From NCBI GenBank assembly GCA_965637545.1, contig OZ281497.1, positions 28,830,001 to 28,894,000 of the forward strand: DNA of 64,000 nt. Reading direction: 5' to 3'. This DNA is from Phallusia mammillata. Its lineage: Eukaryota. Below are positions 61,704-64,000 of this stretch, in pieces. Position 1 is the stretch's first letter. Every line of letters starts with the position of its first letter. The notes under the pieces were generated by a model, which searched no databases, had not been told where the DNA came from, and saw nothing but the letters and a program-made list of their open reading frames with translations. The position numbers and the translations under genes are program-made.

Positions 61704-64000
61704 TGGTTCTCAAACCTGCCAGCATGCGCAGCATTACTAAACCAAATTTTCATTCCGCGACACACTTGTCAAACAACACAAAAAGTGCTAAAGGAAATTT
61801 AATTAGCAACTTTACTGTACCGGGTAAGGTTTCTTTTTCATTACCAATAATTAAATGCGAGCTTTGAAACGTTTTGGTAAACGCCTGCATTTCGCTATCA
61901 AGTTTTAAAGCAGCAGAGTATGTTTGCACTTTGGAAACAGCTAATGTTCTACAACATACTTTAAAATCTCTCGCAGCACACAGCTGGAGAATCACTGCCG
62001 TGGCTGTTGTTTTAAATTGTGTTGCGTATGGACCTCCATAATTAAGTTTTTAGGTTGGGGTGACTTCACGCAAAACCTTTCTATACAGTTGCCGTTAAAC
62101 ATATACAGTTAAAGTTGCCGGTAAAAAGAAACTATGGATAGTACTGACACAACAAAGCCCGGTATATTTGTGTTATAAATGTACGGTTAAAAACGTCGAC
62201 AGAAAACGTTGGCCCGCGGGCGTCTTTACCTGATAAAAATTAGCCCCTACTAAAAATTTTGGACACCTCTGCCATAGAGAATCCGCTGCCTGCCGGTTGA
62301 AAACCACCAGCTGAAAACATAACTTACGGTGGGAATTGTTGACAGCCAACTGACGTGGGAAGATAGAGAGGTGCGTTGGCGGGAACAGAGAACCTCAAAC
62401 TGCAATCGTCAGCAAAATATCCCCATGCTTCCATCTCGCCATCGGCGGTGGTGTTTGAAATTCGACTGATTGTCACCATTTTTGGCTGAGGGCTGTAGAA
62501 CTGCATTGTCACGTAGAAGACCTTAAAATATTAGGAAAAATAGCGTTACAGCACGAAAAAACATGAAATCCCAGAGTATAAAATAAAAGGTTAGCAATCA
62601 CTGGTGAAGTAGGCTACTTTTGAAACATTCTCACGCGAGATAATCTTAGGAAACAAAACAAAATTCATCCTGCATGTTGTAGTAGGAATATTTTTGCAAC
62701 GAACAAATTTATTTTTAGTGGTTAACTCCACAGTCTCTTTTGCTAAAGTATTTTAAGTTTCATTATCATATTTAGCTTGGACAGCGAGTGCTCGAGAAAA
62801 TTGCGATGGGATCGATATATGACAAAAAGTTTGAGAACCACTGGTCTATTTGGAAAGCAAAACATTTGCCACAAGATCAGTTAAATACAATTTCAATCAA
62901 ACCTGGTATTCGCCGTTCTCCAAGTCAATGGTGATAGTGAGGCCTCCAGGCATGTAGAGTTCAGTGGATGAAACCCACGTGGTGGTAGGATCGTCATCTG
63001 TGATGTAATCAAGAGGATGAGCGTCAAGAGAGAGGCGGAGCTGACGTACGGAGTTGTCAGTGTCCTCTACGCCGTTCGGGATACAGAATCTGTGAGAAGG
63101 AAGTTTGAGCATTAATTTATGGAAGGAAACGCATATGTGATTTAACGCGAATTCCACCGTATGCATTCATACTTTGCGTGTTATTGAGAAAAAAATACCA
63201 TCTGAACCCTTCATTTCGTCTTTTGCATACAATTGTGCGTACCAAAAGTAACAGAGGAGAGTTTAAAGCGGCGTCGCAAACTCCCAAAGAAGAGGGTTTT
63301 TAACCGGAGAAAATTTAACTTGCTTGGGCGGCCCAAATGAAGAGATTAAATTTGTAAAAGAAATTAGGGTGTTAAAGAAACTCAAGAGGAATTTTACCAT
63401 TTATCATTTAAGTCTGTAAGGAGTGAAGGGCGAAAGGTTATGTTCTGTAATGCGACGTTTCACGATTGCAAATCGTCGCAAGATATTACACCCGACTTTA
63501 CTAACATGATGAAAAAAGGTCTAAAACTAGAATGTTTTGACTACTAGGCGATTGTCATCCTCAAAACGCATACTGTTTAATTCTATCTGCTCTGTTGTGC
63601 ACAGTTTTTCTTCTAAGCATTTTAAGTAACCTATCGTTCAAACATTAGACCACCTTTTCATAAAATAGGTCACAATAAGCAATTTAATATCGCGGTTATG
63701 GGCAATAATAATACAGGGTTTCGCTCGATGCGTCACACAAAAATAATGGGCATGATTTTCACAAGCAAGAATGCAGCTTAAGCAGTTTTGCAAAACTGCA
63801 GTAAACTAAATCCCTGCTGTTAAACACATGTAAGTAATTACTGCGAAAACTCAACTAATCCAAATGCCCCTGCACATTCTTAGTCACCCACCTTTCCTCT
63901 ACTGGGTGAACGCGGGGAAACCCCGAGGGGCAGAGGCACCGAGAAACGATATTGATTTCGGGGAATACCCCGGTAGCGACCTCCTTAATCTCGCGGTTTG
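18303..64000 (-). CDS. USH2A: Usherin (USH2A ortholog), long transmembrane isoform, 5'-incomplete
   Basis: Domain order matches vertebrate usherin: LN domain ([27 protein letters not shown]), 10 laminin-EGF modules, FN3 repeats, two LamG domains, FN3 array, Cys-rich CC-repeat region, FN3 array, TM ([23 protein letters not shown]), tail ending YTVI*. 73 phase-consistent GT-AG exons in transcript order: 63892-64000+, 62903-63089, 62328-62521, 61320-61449, 60648-60745, 60333-60426, 59603-59798, 58809-58939, 58062-58220, 57430-57619, 56792-56997, 56351-56540, 55721-55834, 55326-55454, 54660-54788, 54340-54470, 54040-54161, 53535-53781, 52862-53120, 52133-52402, 51595-51767, 50974-51118, 49813-50767, 48947-49553, 48424-48622, 46679-47925, 45884-46145, 45531-45636, 44996-45190, 44689-44767, 44135-44265, 43493-43659, 42797-42993, 42269-42434, 41574-41747, 41208-41344, 40638-40836, 39938-40140, 39649-39747, 39115-39224, 38687-38777, 38300-38458, 38000-38164, 37573-37719, 36571-36785, 35922-36064, 35302-35493, 34790-34908, 34180-34340, 33479-33638, 32681-32814, 32415-32478, 31595-31958, 30658-31115, 30111-30283, 29525-29819, 28859-29182, 27662-27963, 27004-27235, 26467-26587, 25871-26021, 25540-25678, 24775-24875, 24132-24390, 23317-23508, 22608-22761, 22070-22326, 21424-21662, 20922-21139, 19862-20038, 19572-19664, 18954-19252, 18303-18815. 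Confidence 0.97.
20210..20346 (-). mobile_element. tRNA-derived SINE-like repeat (family copy 1)
   Basis: The minus strand has a B-box-like GGTTTGAATCCCACC followed by a body shared with 32205-32329 and 33905-34050. Flanked by CCCTTAAAAC(T) at 20199-20209 and 20347-20356. Confidence 0.65.
20357..20536. mobile_element. hAT MITE, 180 bp
   Basis: TIRs CAGTGGTGGGATT / AATCCCACCACTT (12/13 match) and a perfect 8-bp TSD CTTAAAAC (20349-20356, 20537-20544). Confidence 0.92.
23769..23964. mobile_element. hAT-type MITE, ~196 bp (same family as 54910-55097)
   Basis: TIRs CAGTGGTTCCCAACC / GGTTGGGAATCACTG with internal similarity to 54910-55097. The TSD is not preserved. Confidence 0.7.
25006..25055 (-). 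ncRNA. Type I minimal hammerhead ribozyme, sense to the usherin pre-mRNA
   Basis: Minus strand: GCUGCA-CUGAUGA-GACCU-UAU-AGGUC-GAAA-CAGUGUGCACUG-UC-UGCAGC. Full catalytic core, 6-bp stem I, 5-bp stem II, palindromic stem III; GUC cleavage falls between 25012 and 25011. Confidence 0.88.
25118..25166 (+). ncRNA. Type I hammerhead ribozyme copy with a stem I mismatch
   Basis: CUGGA-CUGAUGA-GACCU-UAU-AGGUC-GAAA-CAGUGUGCACUG-UC-UGCAG: core intact, with a G-G mismatch in stem I. Confidence 0.7.
27540..27615 (-). repeat. tRNA-related SINE head fragment
   Basis: The minus strand contains GTCCGGGGTTCGAATCCCACCACAGGC (perfect B-box), similar to the head at about 20310-20335. No full cloverleaf. Confidence 0.5.
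32205..32329 (-). mobile_element. SINE-like repeat (family copy 2) with a 12-bp TSD
   Basis: The first ~75 bp are nearly identical to 20216-20292. Flanked by TGGTTTCAGAGT at 32193-32204 and 32330-32341. Confidence 0.75.
33905..34050 (-). repeat. Diverged SINE-like repeat (family copy 3)
   Basis: Shares GAAGGCG..CCAAGCATTC..CATATGGCAAGGC, TAGAAAAATCT and TTCAGG.CTGATCCCAGT with copies 1 and 2. Confidence 0.6.
36960..37490. repeat. Degenerate tandem duplication (~275-bp unit) in an usherin intron
   Basis: TGGTGCTCAGC..AAATGTTATTA..GGCAAT..GAAAATATATA..CCCCCAACA..AAACATTTTT occurs twice, starting near 36984 and 37260. Confidence 0.7.
46501..46632 (+). repeat. Decayed copy of the hammerhead-bearing repeat
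   Basis: GGAGTG..GGCTACAC.AGCC..TCACCAGCTG..CTGATGAGAC...ATAG.TCAAAAC.GTGTGCA.TGTCTGC..CATTTATTG aligns with 59221-59352. The GAAA core has become AAAA and the stems are mismatched. Confidence 0.75.
54910..55097. mobile_element. hAT-type MITE, 188 bp
   Basis: TIRs CAGAGGTTCTCAACC / GGTTGGGAATCACTG. Flanks GCATGTAC / GAATATAC form a 6/8 TSD. Homologous to 23769-23964. Confidence 0.72.
59221..59352 (+). mobile_element. Penelope/retrozyme-type repeat 3' end (5' boundary undefined)
   Basis: Nearly identical over about 100 bp to the 25-kb element, including the tail CTTATCATTTATTGGCTCTATGCTTTTACAT. No ORF recognised. Confidence 0.7.
59273..59322 (+). ncRNA. Type I minimal hammerhead ribozyme (antisense to usherin)
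   Basis: GCUGCA-CUGAUGA-GACCU-CAU-AGGUC-GAAA-CAGUGUGCACUG-UC-UGCAGC. All stems pair perfectly; predicted cleavage after C59316. Confidence 0.9.
61670..61702. repeat. Poly-T run
   Basis: A homopolymer of more than 30 T in an usherin intron. Confidence 0.9.

Noticed and set aside
1-64000. Prokaryotic-type systems (operons, CRISPR, rRNA) or an autonomous transposase/reverse transcriptase
   Set aside because: The gene structure is spliceosomal throughout; no repeat-spacer array, rRNA-like sequence or transposase/RT ORF is present.

Overview
AT-rich, intron-rich animal genomic DNA; the small 60-600 nt GT-AG introns and chordate-type usherin suggest an invertebrate chordate such as an ascidian (inference). 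Manual exon walking with phase-consistent splice sites gives: (1) a 5'-incomplete class A GPCR on + (137-7281) with atypical motifs and a ~490-aa disordered tail; (2) a probable small unannotated multi-exon gene on - (10525-11324, ends undefined); (3) a complete 797-aa NACHT-LRR (NLR) gene on + (12327-16632) that has no death-fold domain and instead starts with a ~50-aa segment carrying a RHIM-like, amyloid-type motif; (4) a 5'-incomplete usherin (USH2A) ortholog on - (18303 to beyond 64000, 73 exons in the window) with inserts carrying furin-type sites and a Ser-Gly glycosaminoglycan-type motif. Introns hold hAT MITEs with 8-bp TSDs, tRNA-derived SINE-like repeats, a ~195-bp tandem repeat and a Penelope/retrozyme-type repeat carrying type I hammerhead ribozymes. 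One ribozyme lies in sense orientation in an usherin intron next to its own inverted copy. The top leads are the RHIM-like NLR and the hammerhead inverted pair.
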